From the NCBI GenBank assembly GCA_002245135.1, contig NGBS01001188.1, positions 62,001-85,314 on the forward strand: a stretch of DNA of 23,314 bases, in the 5' to 3' direction. Positions 9,401-20,799 of the stretch are shown piece by piece (the stretch's first letter is position 1; each line of letters opens with the position of its first letter). Below the pieces are notes generated by a model, which was not told the origin of the DNA, made no database searches, and saw only the letters and a program-made list of their open reading frames with translations. The DNA comes from Proteromonas lacertae. Taxonomy: Eukaryota. Position numbers and translations under genes: made by a program.

Positions 9401-10410
9401 AAACTCAATGATAACAGCCAGAGATTTATTCCAATGGTTATATGATGAATATGATACATTTCCAAATCCACCTTATCAGAAGAAAACAGCTGAAGCTTAT
9501 TTCAACAGTTGTTCTCAAAATATTGAACCAGCGAAAGCACATCTTGATTATGAGATAAAACAAAATGAACAATTATTGAGAGAAAAACAGATTTATTTAA
9601 CATTAGAGAAAGAAAGAGAAGCTCAAAGAATCGAAAAAGAAGAAGAAGAAAAGAGATTAAAAGAAGAAAGAAGAAAAGAAGAAGAAGAGCGATTTAAAGA
9701 ACAACACAAAAGATTTTTAGAAGGAATGGCAAAAATCAAATCTGAAAATGGTGATGATAATAAAGAAGAAAATAATGAAAGAAAAAGTCGAAAAAGAAAT
9801 AAGAAGTATAATTATATTATATTATTTATTTATTTTAATTAGAGAATCAGCGAATAAAGATAATGATGAGATATTTGGAGATGAAGATGAGATAATAACA
9901 ACCTCCAAAAAACAAAAGAGAAGAAAAGAGAAGAAAGGAAATGAATCATCTGAAGAAGAGAATGAATTATTAACAAGTGATGAAGATGATGATGATGATG
10001 ATAAATTAATAACGACAGTACATAAAAGAAGATTAGTAAAATCGAATACAACTACATCTGCTGCTTCTAATGAAGCAGTAAAGACAGGTCCAGTATTCTC
10101 TGATGATGAAATATTCAGTGATGATGATGAAGATGATGAGAAGTTAATTCCAGTTCATAAACCTGAAGTTAATAGTGAAAATAATAATGTGAATAAGAAG
10201 GTGGAAAATAAAAGTAATGTAGATGATGAAGATGAAGATTTATTTGGAGATGATGCTGAAGAAGAAAAGACTGAATCTGAAAATAAGAATGATGCTGAGA
10301 AAAGAAAAGCGAGTGATGATATCGATGGAGGTGAAGTAAAAAAAGCTAAAGTTGATGGAGAAGGAAATACTAATGTAGTAGCAGAAGAAGATTTAGAATT
10401 ATCTGATTAA
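6483..10410 (+). CDS. CTR9: RNA polymerase-associated protein CTR9 (PAF1 complex TPR subunit), 11 exons
   Basis: The N-terminus reads IEVYIPMKD..E..LL.IW..I...YY. TPR motifs include PALIGMACLFYRSGDYQSALGQYKQAL..PNCPASVRVGIGLC, ESYYFIARAYH and NVYTVNGLAMILAEQG, followed by a coiled coil and an acidic tail. Introns: 6627-6659, 7185-7211, 7401-7433, 7803-7852, 8269-8292, 8413-8444, 8535-8576, 8877-8914, 9170-9209, 9806-9842. All keep frame except intron 4. Confidence 0.92.
7804..7822. repeat. (TA)n microsatellite in CTR9 intron 4
   Basis: An uninterrupted TA run follows the donor G directly. Confidence 0.9.
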
Positions 10411-10447
10411 TAGTATGATAAGAGTTAGAGTTTGATATTCTCTATAT

Positions 10448-10455
10448 TGTTTGTT
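10448..10455 (+). terminator. TGTTTGTT downstream polyadenylation element (Blastocystis-type)
   Basis: An exact TGTTTGTT lies 37 nt after the CTR9 stop. This motif is known to sit just downstream of poly(A) sites in Blastocystis. Confidence 0.6.
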
Positions 10456-10756
10456 GAATATATGATTATTGAAATAATTCATTATATAATATCTACTGTA
10501 TATAAAACATAAAATCATATTATAATATTAACAATAACCATTTCTATTAATCTTTCAATTGAGTATTTCATTTAAATATAAAATAATCACTTCTGTTTCA
10601 CATCAAAATATCACAATAATAATTCATCAAATAATAATTATTATTTCTAGATTTGTATGTATTGTGAAAATAATATACTCATCTTGGTATAATCTACTAC
10701 ATCTTCTTAGATATTAAGATATTTGAAACTTTCAAATCAAGACTATTGTTAATCAC

Positions 10757-10979
10757 TTTTTCTATATTCACTTATCTTACATCATCATATAAACAATCGG
10801 AATAATAAGATTCAAATTAATCAAATATCACATCTTTATTTCTTTAAACTCATTTTATCTTACACAAATTCACAATTTATACAAATCATCACAATTATGC
10901 TCAATCACATCATTTTTAAATTTAAACTATTTTCTACATCTTTATAACACCATCAGGTTGTTCCACTCTGAAAAGGATT
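10757..10979 (-). repeat. Diverged dispersed repeat, copy B (degenerate coding remnant)
   Basis: Homologous to 1956-2133. Minus-strand peptides match: ILFRVEQPD vs ILFRVKQPD, and DDVR*VNIEK vs DDVRYVDIEK. Confidence 0.75.
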
Positions 10980-11283
10980 TGAAATCTGTCTCTTTCCTCA
11001 TCTATTTTGTCCATATAAATAAAATTATTATCAAACATCAGTATTATACACTTATATTCACCATAATATATCATTTACACATCAATTTCACAAAAATATT
11101 TTTTATATTTATAAATATTTAGCCGTTTCTTTCATCATTTTTCATTTTTTCTCTTTAAATCAACATTAAGCATAGATATTAATATAATAACATGAATAGA
11201 TTGATATATATTATATTTTCTTTTAATATAACATTATTAGAATGACATTAATTGTTTATAAGAAATAATAAAAGAGAGAGTGA

Positions 11284-11290
11284 TATATAA
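11284..11290 (+). promoter_or_regulatory. TATA-like element upstream of the 5S rRNA gene
   Basis: TATATAA at about -29 to -23 from the predicted 5S start. The AT-rich background weakens this call. Confidence 0.4.
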
Positions 11291-11312
11291 GAAAAAGAGT
11301 GAAAAAATAATC

Positions 11313-11431
11313 AGAATCGTTCATATCTACAATAAAGCACCACATCCCATTAGAACTGCGAAGTTAAGATTGTAAGAGCTATGATAGTAGTACAGTGGGG
11401 GACTCTGTGCGAAGTCATAGTAACGATTCTT
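11313..11431 (+). rRNA. 5S rRNA: 5S ribosomal RNA gene (single copy)
   Basis: About 119 nt. Helix I is AGAATCGTT/AACGATTCT, helix II TACAAT/ATTGTA, with further stems CTATGA/TCATAG and GTACAG/CTGTGC. Conserved 5S words are CATCCCATTAGAACT, GAAGTTAAG (box A), TAGTAGTA and TGGGGGAC (box C). A T-run follows. Confidence 0.93.
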
Positions 11432-11470
11432 TTTATTCTTTTTGTTTTTTTCTTTTTTCTTTCTTTTTAT
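11430..11470 (+). terminator. Pol III oligo-T terminator of 5S
   Basis: TTTTT begins at the end of helix I and is followed by further T-tracts. Confidence 0.75.
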
Positions 11471-11639
11471 TATGATGCAGAACAGGTATAGAAACAATAA
11501 AATAAGACAAACAAATAGAATCAAACTTAATCAACTGATAGAAAGATTTATCTTAATTTTGCTCCTATGATTAATATTAAACCTAATTCAACACACATAA
11601 TTTCTCTCAATGGCAAATTTATAGCCAGATAGTCCAATA

Positions 11640-12820
11640 ATCAAAACAGTTTTCTTTTAATTAGTTGCTTTTAATGAAGATCTTTCTTGGTGAGATGTCT
11701 TTACAACAAGTTCTCTTCTGTTGATTATTGCATAACCAACTAAACTAATAATAATCAAAGTACCAATAACTACATCAAATGAAATACCAATTGCTTCTCC
11801 AGTCTTACTAGCAGCTGATCTGGTTTGTGGTTATTCATAAATATCAGTTTGTCTGACAATAACAGAGGAATAAGCTATATCAGGTGAAGAAGAATGTAAA
11901 TCATTTTCAAAAGCATCAGATTTTAAGATATTCGATGTAATTGAGATTATTGTATTTCGATAATTCTTTGGAGCTGTAATAAATGCAACTGTTCTTACTA
12001 AATTAGATGTCATATCCATATTAGCTGTATATCAATCTAATCTTACATTCGTTCTATCAACATCAAATGAAACTGCACTTCTTAAATGAGTTATTAATAG
12101 ATTTCTAATTATCACAAATGCTTGAGGATTTACTGCTTGACCAGATACACCAGTTGTATAATCGATTTCTATCTTGGCAATTATTCTTCCACTTACTAAT
12201 GGAGGATCTTCTACATATTCTCTACAATCTGTATCATCTACAACTTGCCATTGTGGATTTAAGTAATTATCACCTCTACACTATCTTTGAAGAATACCTG
12301 TCTTACCATCTTTACATAATATATAAGCAGAAGTTGCTGTTCATTCACCATTAGCTGGACATGTATTGGAAATGATTTGAAGATAAACATTTGTGTAATA
12401 AATTCCATTAAGATTTCTTTATAATGTTTCTTTCATCAATTCAGATGGTGTTTCACTGAATTTACCTTCACTAAATGTTATACCAGCTGGTAAAGTAGGA
12501 TAACCAGGTAAAATTCATTCTAATATATTATATTTTATATTTGGTGTTAAATCTTCTTCTCCCCAAACTGGTTTAGAATCTGATACTGTACATGTTCTAT
12601 AGGAATAACCCATATAACCTTCACTACAAGCCATTTGACCTCTTTCACCTACATTCGTTGCTGGATAACCATTATGTACACTACATGTTGATGCAATTAC
12701 TTCCAATTAGATTGTATATGTCTTTGTTGTTTGATCTCTTGCAGCTATACCAGTTATTGTGTAAGTCATTAATTTTCTTGTTACTGTAGGAGTTTCTGTT
12801 ATTGTACCAATCTTATTTAC
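11640..12820 (-). pseudogene. Type-I membrane surface protein pseudogene with putative Ig-like domains and Cys repeats (5'-truncated)
   Basis: One frame reads GTITETPT..TYTITG; TC..HNGYPATNVGE.GQMACSEGYMGYSYRTC..W; LPAGITFSEGKFSETP; TCPANGE*..CKDGKTGILQR*C..W..DC; then TM segment AIGISFDVVIGTLIIISLVGYAII-NRR. It contains 8 in-frame stops. Confidence 0.8.
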
Positions 12821-13060
12821 ATATAAACAATACCTTTTAACACTATTACTAAGTACTTATTCATTCATATAAATCATTTACACAAACATCTCATATCACA
12901 TATAATTCATCATTTTATATCTCTTTCATTGGTTTCTCACACTCTTACTATTCTTTTCTTTCTAACAGTCTAATATATACATGCTCATATCATTTCATTC
13001 AACATTCTATTATTATATACATCAAAAACTACATACACTTATTTTCATTATTCAATAGAT

Positions 13061-13140
13061 TGAAAATCAGAAAATTCTAAAAATTTCATCAAGCCTAATG
13101 ATTATTCAAACCTAATGAACAAAGAAATGCTATTTTTGTG
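13061..13140 (-). promoter_or_regulatory. Promoter-like module similar to the CTR9 upstream region (also in units 2 and 3)
   Basis: The reverse complement AGCATTTCTTTGTT...GGCTTGATGAAATTTTTAGAATTTTCTGATTTTC closely matches 6412-6478. It is followed by ATG (13048) and a 30-nt GTATG...AATAG intron (13036-13007). Confidence 0.5.
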
Positions 13141-13767
13141 ATTACTCTGAAGTATAATGGTGAAATGATGTGTATTTCGATGATGATGATGGTGAAATAT
13201 GTGAATATGTATAGAACATATGACAATGTTTGATAATTTTGTAAAAGTGAGTGAAAGATAATATTAGAATTATATAAAATGAAAGATGATATAAAAAAGT
13301 GAAATCTAATGTTTAATGATTTATTGTAGTATAGTGATCCAAAATTGTGTGTAAGTTGTTTTTGAACAGTTTAAAAGCTGTATATGATGATAATATGATA
13401 ATTTGAATATGGTGTGAGTGTGAATGTGATGAATATATGATTGTGTAGAGTAATAAAAGTGAAAATAAGAATATATTCGAGAAAATTCTGAGAAAAGAAT
13501 CAAGCCAAATATATTCTAAGAATATTTTATTTATAAAAATCAAGATGAATTAATATATGTTGAAATATAGTGAAAAAAATGATATAGAATTGTATGTGAT
13601 GAAATTATAATGAAAATTCAATCCCAAATAAATCTCAAGCCAAGAAATAAAGAAATGTTTTATTTGTGGTTATTATGAAGTATATTACTGAAATATTGAG
13701 TGAAAAGTATGTTAGAGTTATCTGATGGAGTATGATGATCAAAGTTGTATGTAATAATAATTAGCAT

Positions 13768-14151
13768 CTAATTGTTGATTAAGATATTCAGTTTATGTGT
13801 TTGATCATCACGATATTTCAACAATCTATCATAAATATTTTCATCAATTATTTCATTTCTATTGTTGTTATTTGATGGAAGTATTACATTATTAACTGAA
13901 TAAAAAATATCATCATTAGTAATGGTAAATTCACCAACATAATAATCTTCTCCTAATGCTTTTGATTTAAAGAAATTGCTGTTTAAGCTATAAAATGTCT
14001 TTTATACCATTATCAAATTCTAATATTCCCTCACCTAGCCAATTTTTATTGTGAATTATTCTATACCTTTCTAATTCATTGAATAATATTCTATATAAAG
14101 ATTCATTTTGATTGTAAATTATTAAGAAAATAAAAAAATGTTATACCTCAT
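13768..14151 (-). pseudogene. Unidentified intron-containing gene remnant (duplicate at ~17804-18187)
   Basis: ATG 14151 follows the promoter-like motif. There are GTAT...TAG intron-like segments and ~70 open codons (SNFFKSKALGEDYYVGEFTIT...RLLKYRDDQ). No clean gene model could be built. Confidence 0.3.
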
Positions 14152-14720
14152 TATTTTAGCTTGATTTTGATAAATTATTTTTATAATTAACTTGGCTTGA
14201 TTGTTTTCTAGAAATTTCTTGATTTTGAATTAATTTTATAAAATTAAATAATCAAATAAATTATTTTTAATTTTAATTATATTATCATCTTTATCAAATT
14301 TTAATCTATTATACCATTTTTTACTATATTATTTTGTCCAATATACACACTCTTTATATTTTACCATTATCTTTAATTGAAACTTTATACTTCATTATAA
14401 TTTTTCTATTGCTATACAAAATTTATATTTTTTAAGCAAATCAATTTTATCTACTAGCATTATGACCTATGAAATATGTCATAGCAAAACTGAAAATCTC
14501 TATCTTGACCTTCTGATATTCTATAGCTTCTAGGCTATATTTGTTGTGGTTCTAGATTCACATCAATATTTAGGTTGATATGTTCATGTTGTCAATAGTA
14601 ATTCAACAAATTAATTATTGAATTTTTATTATTATTTTCAAATATTTCACACACTACTCTATAAGGATAAATTTGTTTTGACTTTTACTGAATGATGAAA
14701 TAATAAACATTAATTACATC

Positions 14721-15027
14721 CATATAATTCTACATTCTTTACAAATAATTTCTTTCTTATCTAAAAATTCATATATTGATAATTTAGATTTATAATAAGC
14801 AATTCAATATTTTACATTCTGATAATATATGAACTTCAACAACAGAATATATAAATCCATCTGTTACTCTTGAAGCAGATCCTCTGGAATTAACTTTTCT
14901 CATTAATATCTCATTATCATCACTTGAAATATACCATTCTACATTTTTCAATTTCTTTGATATTTTTGTGGCATTTTGAATTGCTTCTTCTTCTATTTGG
15001 TGATTATTTAAAAATGCCACTCCTCTA
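14721..15027 (-). pseudogene. Fucosyltransferase C-terminal fragment, copy 1
   Basis: Inverted near-identical copy of 22155-22505, with motifs WYISSDD and EVHILSECK and a 45-nt in-frame deletion. Confidence 0.8.
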
Positions 15028-15060
15028 CTATTTTTTACACATCTCTGGTGTTTTAAATTT

Positions 15061-16801
15061 TCAAAAAATAAAACTCGATTTTGGCATATGATACATTGGG
15101 CATTTATCATTATACACATACTCCCCATCATAATTTACATATTTTTCAATTATCTTAATAATCCTCTTTATTAGTAATTTTAAGTAAAATAAACTAAAAT
15201 GATTTGAGTCGCAGTATATTGGTTGATAATTATAGTAATATAGGCATTTTTTATTAATAATACTGTCATCCCATAATCTCACAACATCTATTCTGCTATT
15301 ATTCGGTTTTATAAATTGTTGAGGTATTATACATGTTTTATTTATCTCCCCAAAGCAATTATCATTGTTTTTATCCAAACATGAATTCGGATCAACTGTA
15401 TGATAAGGATTATCATTAATTAATATTAATCTATCACACACTGTTGTTACTTTAATTGCTGTATTATAAATATTTAATAATGATACTTTTTCATCAATAC
15501 TATTTCCTAACATACATAATTTAAAATGATATTTCTCCTTTATATTTGATAAATATTTATTCATTATTTGATTATTATAAGAATATCTATGAATAAATAT
15601 ATGCAGTAGTTGGTATTTGAATCTATACTCACTTTTTAATACAGCTATTATATACTGTTCAATATGAGAATCACCAATAAATAAAATTGATGATTTATAT
15701 ATTCTTGATTTATCATTTAAGCAACAATAACTTCTTTGATATATAATAAACTCACCCATAAGCTCTGCAGTAGTGTAATGTTTAATATTTCTTAATTTGA
15801 TATTTGTTTGTTTATTTAGATTTTTAATTAGCATATAAGCATAAACGATAAACAATAGAGACATAATGTAAGTTAATCTATCTGATAGAATGAAATATCC
15901 TTTATAAAAAGGTTTCTCTACTACATTATAGGATAATAATACACATATTATCAATGAGATATAGTAATTCAGAAATGAACTTTTAACAATAGTTTTGAGA
16001 GGAAAATGAATCAAATATATTGAATAAGATAAATTTCCAATGAAACAAATTACATTACTAGTAATAAGTGAATTTCTTTCAGATGAACATAACACATATA
16101 AACTAAGAATAACTGGTAAAACTGCATTATAGCTAGGATAAATAATTTTATCATTATAATAAATTGAAAGTATAGTCATAAATATTATAGATATATTTGG
16201 ATAATAAAATATACTATAATTATCTATAGAAGGTATATATCTTATCATTGCACCTAAGAGAAATTCCCAAGAACGACTAGAAATAAAAAAATATCCTTTA
16301 TTTCGATTATAAGTTCCATAATATACACATACAATCAATGAAAATATTGATATTATTATATATACAACAATAACATTACTAAATGACATCCATATAAATA
16401 GAATTGTTCTTCTAACGATAATGACCAATAATGAAGAAGAGGACTTTCTTTTAACCCAGTATGAAAATAATCTACTTTATTGAAGTAGAAATTGTAACAT
16501 TTCTATATATAGAAAAATATGTGAAATCATATTTGTATGTATAAAAAGTAACTGCCATTAGTGTTAATAATGAAGCTGGTAGTAATCTTCTTAATCTTGC
16601 AGAATAGAATGTTATATAAAATCTATTCTTTTGATTGTTTATTCTATCTTCTATTGAATAACATACCAAGAATCCTGATATAACAAAGAAAATATCTACA
16701 CCAATAAACCCTCCCGATATTATTTTTGGATAAAGATGATAAAATAAAACAAATAAAACGGCAATTCCTCTGAATCTTTGAAAATCATGTCTAAAATTCA
16801 T
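15061..16801 (-). pseudogene. Acyltransferase-3 plus SGNH O-acetyltransferase (OafA/OatA-like), copy 1, two frameshifts
   Basis: Motifs: FRGIAVLFVLFYH (R-x10-H), GGFIGVDIFFVISGFL, FY.ARLRRLLPA, R.WEFLLG, IGNLSYSIYLIHFP, SY.VVEKP, and SGNH GDSH and DSNH. DYF..SPLLHYWSLSLEEQFY (16472-16398) lies in a third frame. Confidence 0.88.
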
Positions 16802-18756
16802 TTCTACTATTACAATATTTCATATAAATAAATTGAGTCTTCTTTCACTGTGTTCTTATCATTAATATTATTTATTCAAACAATATGCAACATATAACAC
16901 ACAATGGTTCACCATTTCCACAACATAATCGATTGTTATATCAAATTAATTATACGTTACATATTAACAACACCTTTTAACACTATTACTAAGTACTTAT
17001 TCATTCATATAAATCATTTACACAAACATCTCATATCACATATAATTCATCATTTTATATCTCTTTCATTGGTTTCTCACACTCTTACTATTCTTTTCTT
17101 TCTAACAGTCTAATATATACATGCTCATATCATTTCATTCAACATTCTATTATTATATACATCAAAAACTACATACACTTATTTTCATTATTCAATACAT
17201 TGAAAATCAGAAAATTCTAAAAATTTCATCAAGCCTAATGATTATTCAAACCTAATGAACAAAGAAATGCTATTTTTGTGATTACTATGAAGTATAATGG
17301 TGAAATGATGTGTATTTCGATGATGATGATAATGATGAAATCTAATGTTTAATGATTTATTGTAGTATAGTGATCCAAAATTGTGTGTAAGTTGTTTTTG
17401 AACAGTTTAAAAGCTGTATATGATGATAATATGATAATTTGAATATGGTGTGAGTGTGAATGTGATGAATATATGATTGTGTAGAGTAATAAAAGTGAAA
17501 ATAAGAATATATTCGAGAAAATTCTGAGAAAAGAATCAAGCCAAATATATTCTAAGAATATTTTATTTATAAAAATCAAGATGAATTAATATATGTTGAA
17601 ATATAGTGAAAAAAATGATATAGAATTGTATGTGATGAAATTATAATGAAAATTCAATCCCAAATAAATCTCAAGCCAAGAAATAAAGAAATGTTTTATT
17701 TGTGGTTATTATGAAGTATATTACTGAAATATTGAGTGAAAAGTATGTTAGAGTTATCTGATGGAGTATGATGATCAAAGTTGTATGTAATAATAATTAG
17801 CATCTAATTGTTGATTAAGATATTCAGTTTATGTGTTTGATCATCACGATATTTCAACAATCTATCATAAATATTTTCATCAATTATTTCATTTCTATTG
17901 TTGTTATTTGATGGAAGTATTACATTATTAACTGAATAAAAAATATCATCATTAGTAATGGTAAATTCACCAACATAATAATCTTCTCCTAATGCTTTTG
18001 ATTTAAAGAAATTGCTGTTTAAGCTATAAAATGTCTTTTATACCATTATCAAATTCTAATATTCCCTCACCTAACCAATTTCTATTGTGAATTATTCTAT
18101 ACCTTTCTAATTCATTGAATAATATTCTATATAAAGATTCATTTTGATTGTAAATTATTAAGAAAATAAAAAAATGTTATACCTCATTATTTTAGCTTGA
18201 TTTTGATAAATTATTTTTATAATTAACTTGGCTTGATTGTTTTCTAGAAATTTCTTGATTTTGAATTAATTTTATAAAATTAAATAATCAAATAAATTAT
18301 TTTTAATTTTAATTATATTATCATCTTTATCAAATTTTAATCTATTATACCATTTTTTACTATATTATTTTGTCCAATATACACACTCTTTATATTTTAC
18401 CATTATCTTTAATTGAAACTTTATACTTCATTATAATTTTTCTATTGCTATACAAAATTTATATTTTTTAAGCAAATCAATTTTATCTACTAGCATTATG
18501 ACCTATGAAATATGTCATAGCAAAACTGAAAATCTCTATCTTGACCTTCTGATATTCTATAGCTTCTAGGCTATATTTGTTGTGGTTCTAGATTCACATC
18601 AATATTTAGGTTGATATGTTCATGTTGTCAATAGTAATTCAACAAATTAATTATTGAATTTTTATTATTATTTTCAAATATTTCACACACTACTCTATAA
18701 GGATAAATTTGTTTTGACTTTTACTGAATGATGAAATAATAAACATTAATTACATC

Positions 18757-19063
18757 CATATAATTCTACATTCTTTACAAATAATTTCTTTCTTATCTAA
18801 AAATTCATATATTGATAATTTAGATTTATAATAAGCAATTCAATATTTTACATTCTGATAATATATGAACTTCAACAACAGAATATATAAATCCATCTGT
18901 TACTCTTGAAGCAGATCCTCTGGAATTAACTTTTCTCATTAATATCTCATTATCATCACTTGAAATATACCATTCTACATTTTTCAATTTCTTTGATATT
19001 TTTGTGGCATTTTGAATTGCTTCTTCTTCTATTTGGTGATTATTTAAAAATGCCACTCCTCTA
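18757..19063 (-). pseudogene. Fucosyltransferase C-terminal fragment, copy 2
   Basis: Duplicate of 14721-15027 at offset 4036. Confidence 0.8.
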
Positions 19064-19096
19064 CTATTTTTTACACATCTCTGGTGTTTTAAATTT

Positions 19097-20799
19097 TCAA
19101 AAAATAAAACTCGATTTTGGCATATGATACATTGGGCATTTATCATTATACACATACTCCCCATCATAATTTACATATTTTTCAATTATCTTAATAATCC
19201 TCTTTATTAGTAATTTTAAGTAAAATAAACTAAAATGATTTGAGTCGCAGTATATTGGTTGATAATTATAGTAATATAGGCATTTTTTATTAATAATACT
19301 GTCATCCCATAATCTCACAACATCTATTCTGCTATTATTCGGTTTTATAAATTGTTGAGGTATTATACATGTTTTATTTATCTCCCCAAAGCAATTATCA
19401 TTGTTTTTATCCAAACATGAATTCGGATCAACTGTATGATAAGGATTATCATTAATTAATATTAATCTATCACACACTGTTGTTACTTTAATTGCTGTAT
19501 TATAAATATTTAATAATGATACTTTTTCATCAATACTATTTCCTAACATACATAATTTAAAATGATATTTCTCCTTTATATTTGATAAATATTTATTCAT
19601 TATTTGATTATTATAAGAATATCTATGAATAAATATATGCAGTAGTTGGTATTTGAATCTATACTCACTTTTTAATACAGCTATTATATACTGTTCAATA
19701 TGAGAATCACCAATAAATAAAATTGATGATTTATATATTCTTGATTTATCATTTAAGCAACAATAACTTCTTTGATATATAATAAACTCACCCATAAGCT
19801 CTGCAGTAGTGTAATGTTTAATATTTCTTAATTTGATATTTGTTTGTTTATTTAGATTTTTAATTAGCATATAAGCATAAACGATAAACAATAGAGACAT
19901 AATGTAAGTTAATCTATCTGATAGAATGAAATATCCTTTATAAAAAAGGTTTCTCTACTACATTATAGGATAATAATACACATATTATCAATGAGATATA
20001 GTAATTCAGAAATGAACTTTTAACAATAGTTTTGAGAGGAAAATGAATCAAATATATTGAATAAGATAAATTTCCAATGAAACAAATTACATTACTAGTA
20101 ATAAGTGAATTTCTTTCAGATGAACATAACACACATAAACTAAGAATAACTGGTAAAACTACATTATAGCTAGTCATAAATATTATAGATATATTTGGAT
20201 AATAAAATATGCTATACTTATCTATAGAAGGTACATATCTTATCATTGCACCTAAGAGAAATTCCCAAGAACGACTAGAAAGAAAAAAATATCCTTTATT
20301 TCGATTATAAGTTCCATAATATACACATACAATCAATGAAAATATTGATATTATTATATATACAACAATAACATTACTAAATGACATCCATATAAATAGA
20401 ATTGTTCTTCTAACGATAATGACCAATAATGAAGAAGAGGACTTTCTTTTAACCCAGTATGAAAATAATTTACTTTATTGAAGTAGAAATTGTAACATTT
20501 CTATATATAGAAAAATATGTGAAATCATATTTGTATGTATAAAAAGTAACTGCCATTAGTGTTAATAATGAAGCTGGTAGTAATCTTCTTAATCTTGCAG
20601 AATAGAATGTTATATAAAATCTATTCTTTTGATTGTTTATTCTATCTTCTATTGAATAACATACCAAGAATCCTGATATAACAAAGAAAATATCTACACC
20701 AATAAACCCTCCCGATATTATTTTTGGATAAAGATGATAAAATAAAACAAATAAAACGGCAATTCCTCTGAATCTTTGAAAATCATGTCTAAAATTCAT
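19097..20799 (-). pseudogene. Acyltransferase-3 plus SGNH O-acetyltransferase, copy 2, further degraded
   Basis: Carries the same two frameshifts as copy 1, plus +1 nt in the A-run at 19942-19947 and a 39-nt deletion near 20173. Confidence 0.88.

Noticed and set aside
10408..10455. Stop codon created by polyadenylation (known in Blastocystis)
   Set aside because: CTR9 and the other genes examined have genomic stop codons, so no case requires it here.
11327..11524. 65-aa minus-strand ORF with a hydrophobic N-terminus and Lys run
   Set aside because: It is the antisense reading of the 5S gene and its T-rich terminator.
11657..12709. Alternative genetic code (stop-codon reassignment) to explain the in-frame stops
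   Set aside because: All three stop types occur, long exons elsewhere have no in-frame stops, and ACC and CTR9 end in TAA. Pseudogenisation is the simpler explanation.
13313..13543. His/Ile-rich short ORFs repeated in each unit (also 16904-17113, 17349-17579, 20902-21111, 21283-21579)
   Set aside because: They are low-complexity translations of TGA/TGT-rich DNA, and they recur only because of the duplication.
14455..14610. Small hairpins (TATGAC...GTCATA) and CTATAG words resembling hAT subterminal DNA
   Set aside because: No TIR or TSD was found, and the similarity is too weak in an AT-rich background.
16448..16475. A 28-nt GT...AG 'intron' that would join the two acyltransferase ORFs
   Set aside because: It lacks the GTAT/TAG consensus and would read the essential HYWSLSLEEQFY motif in the wrong frame.
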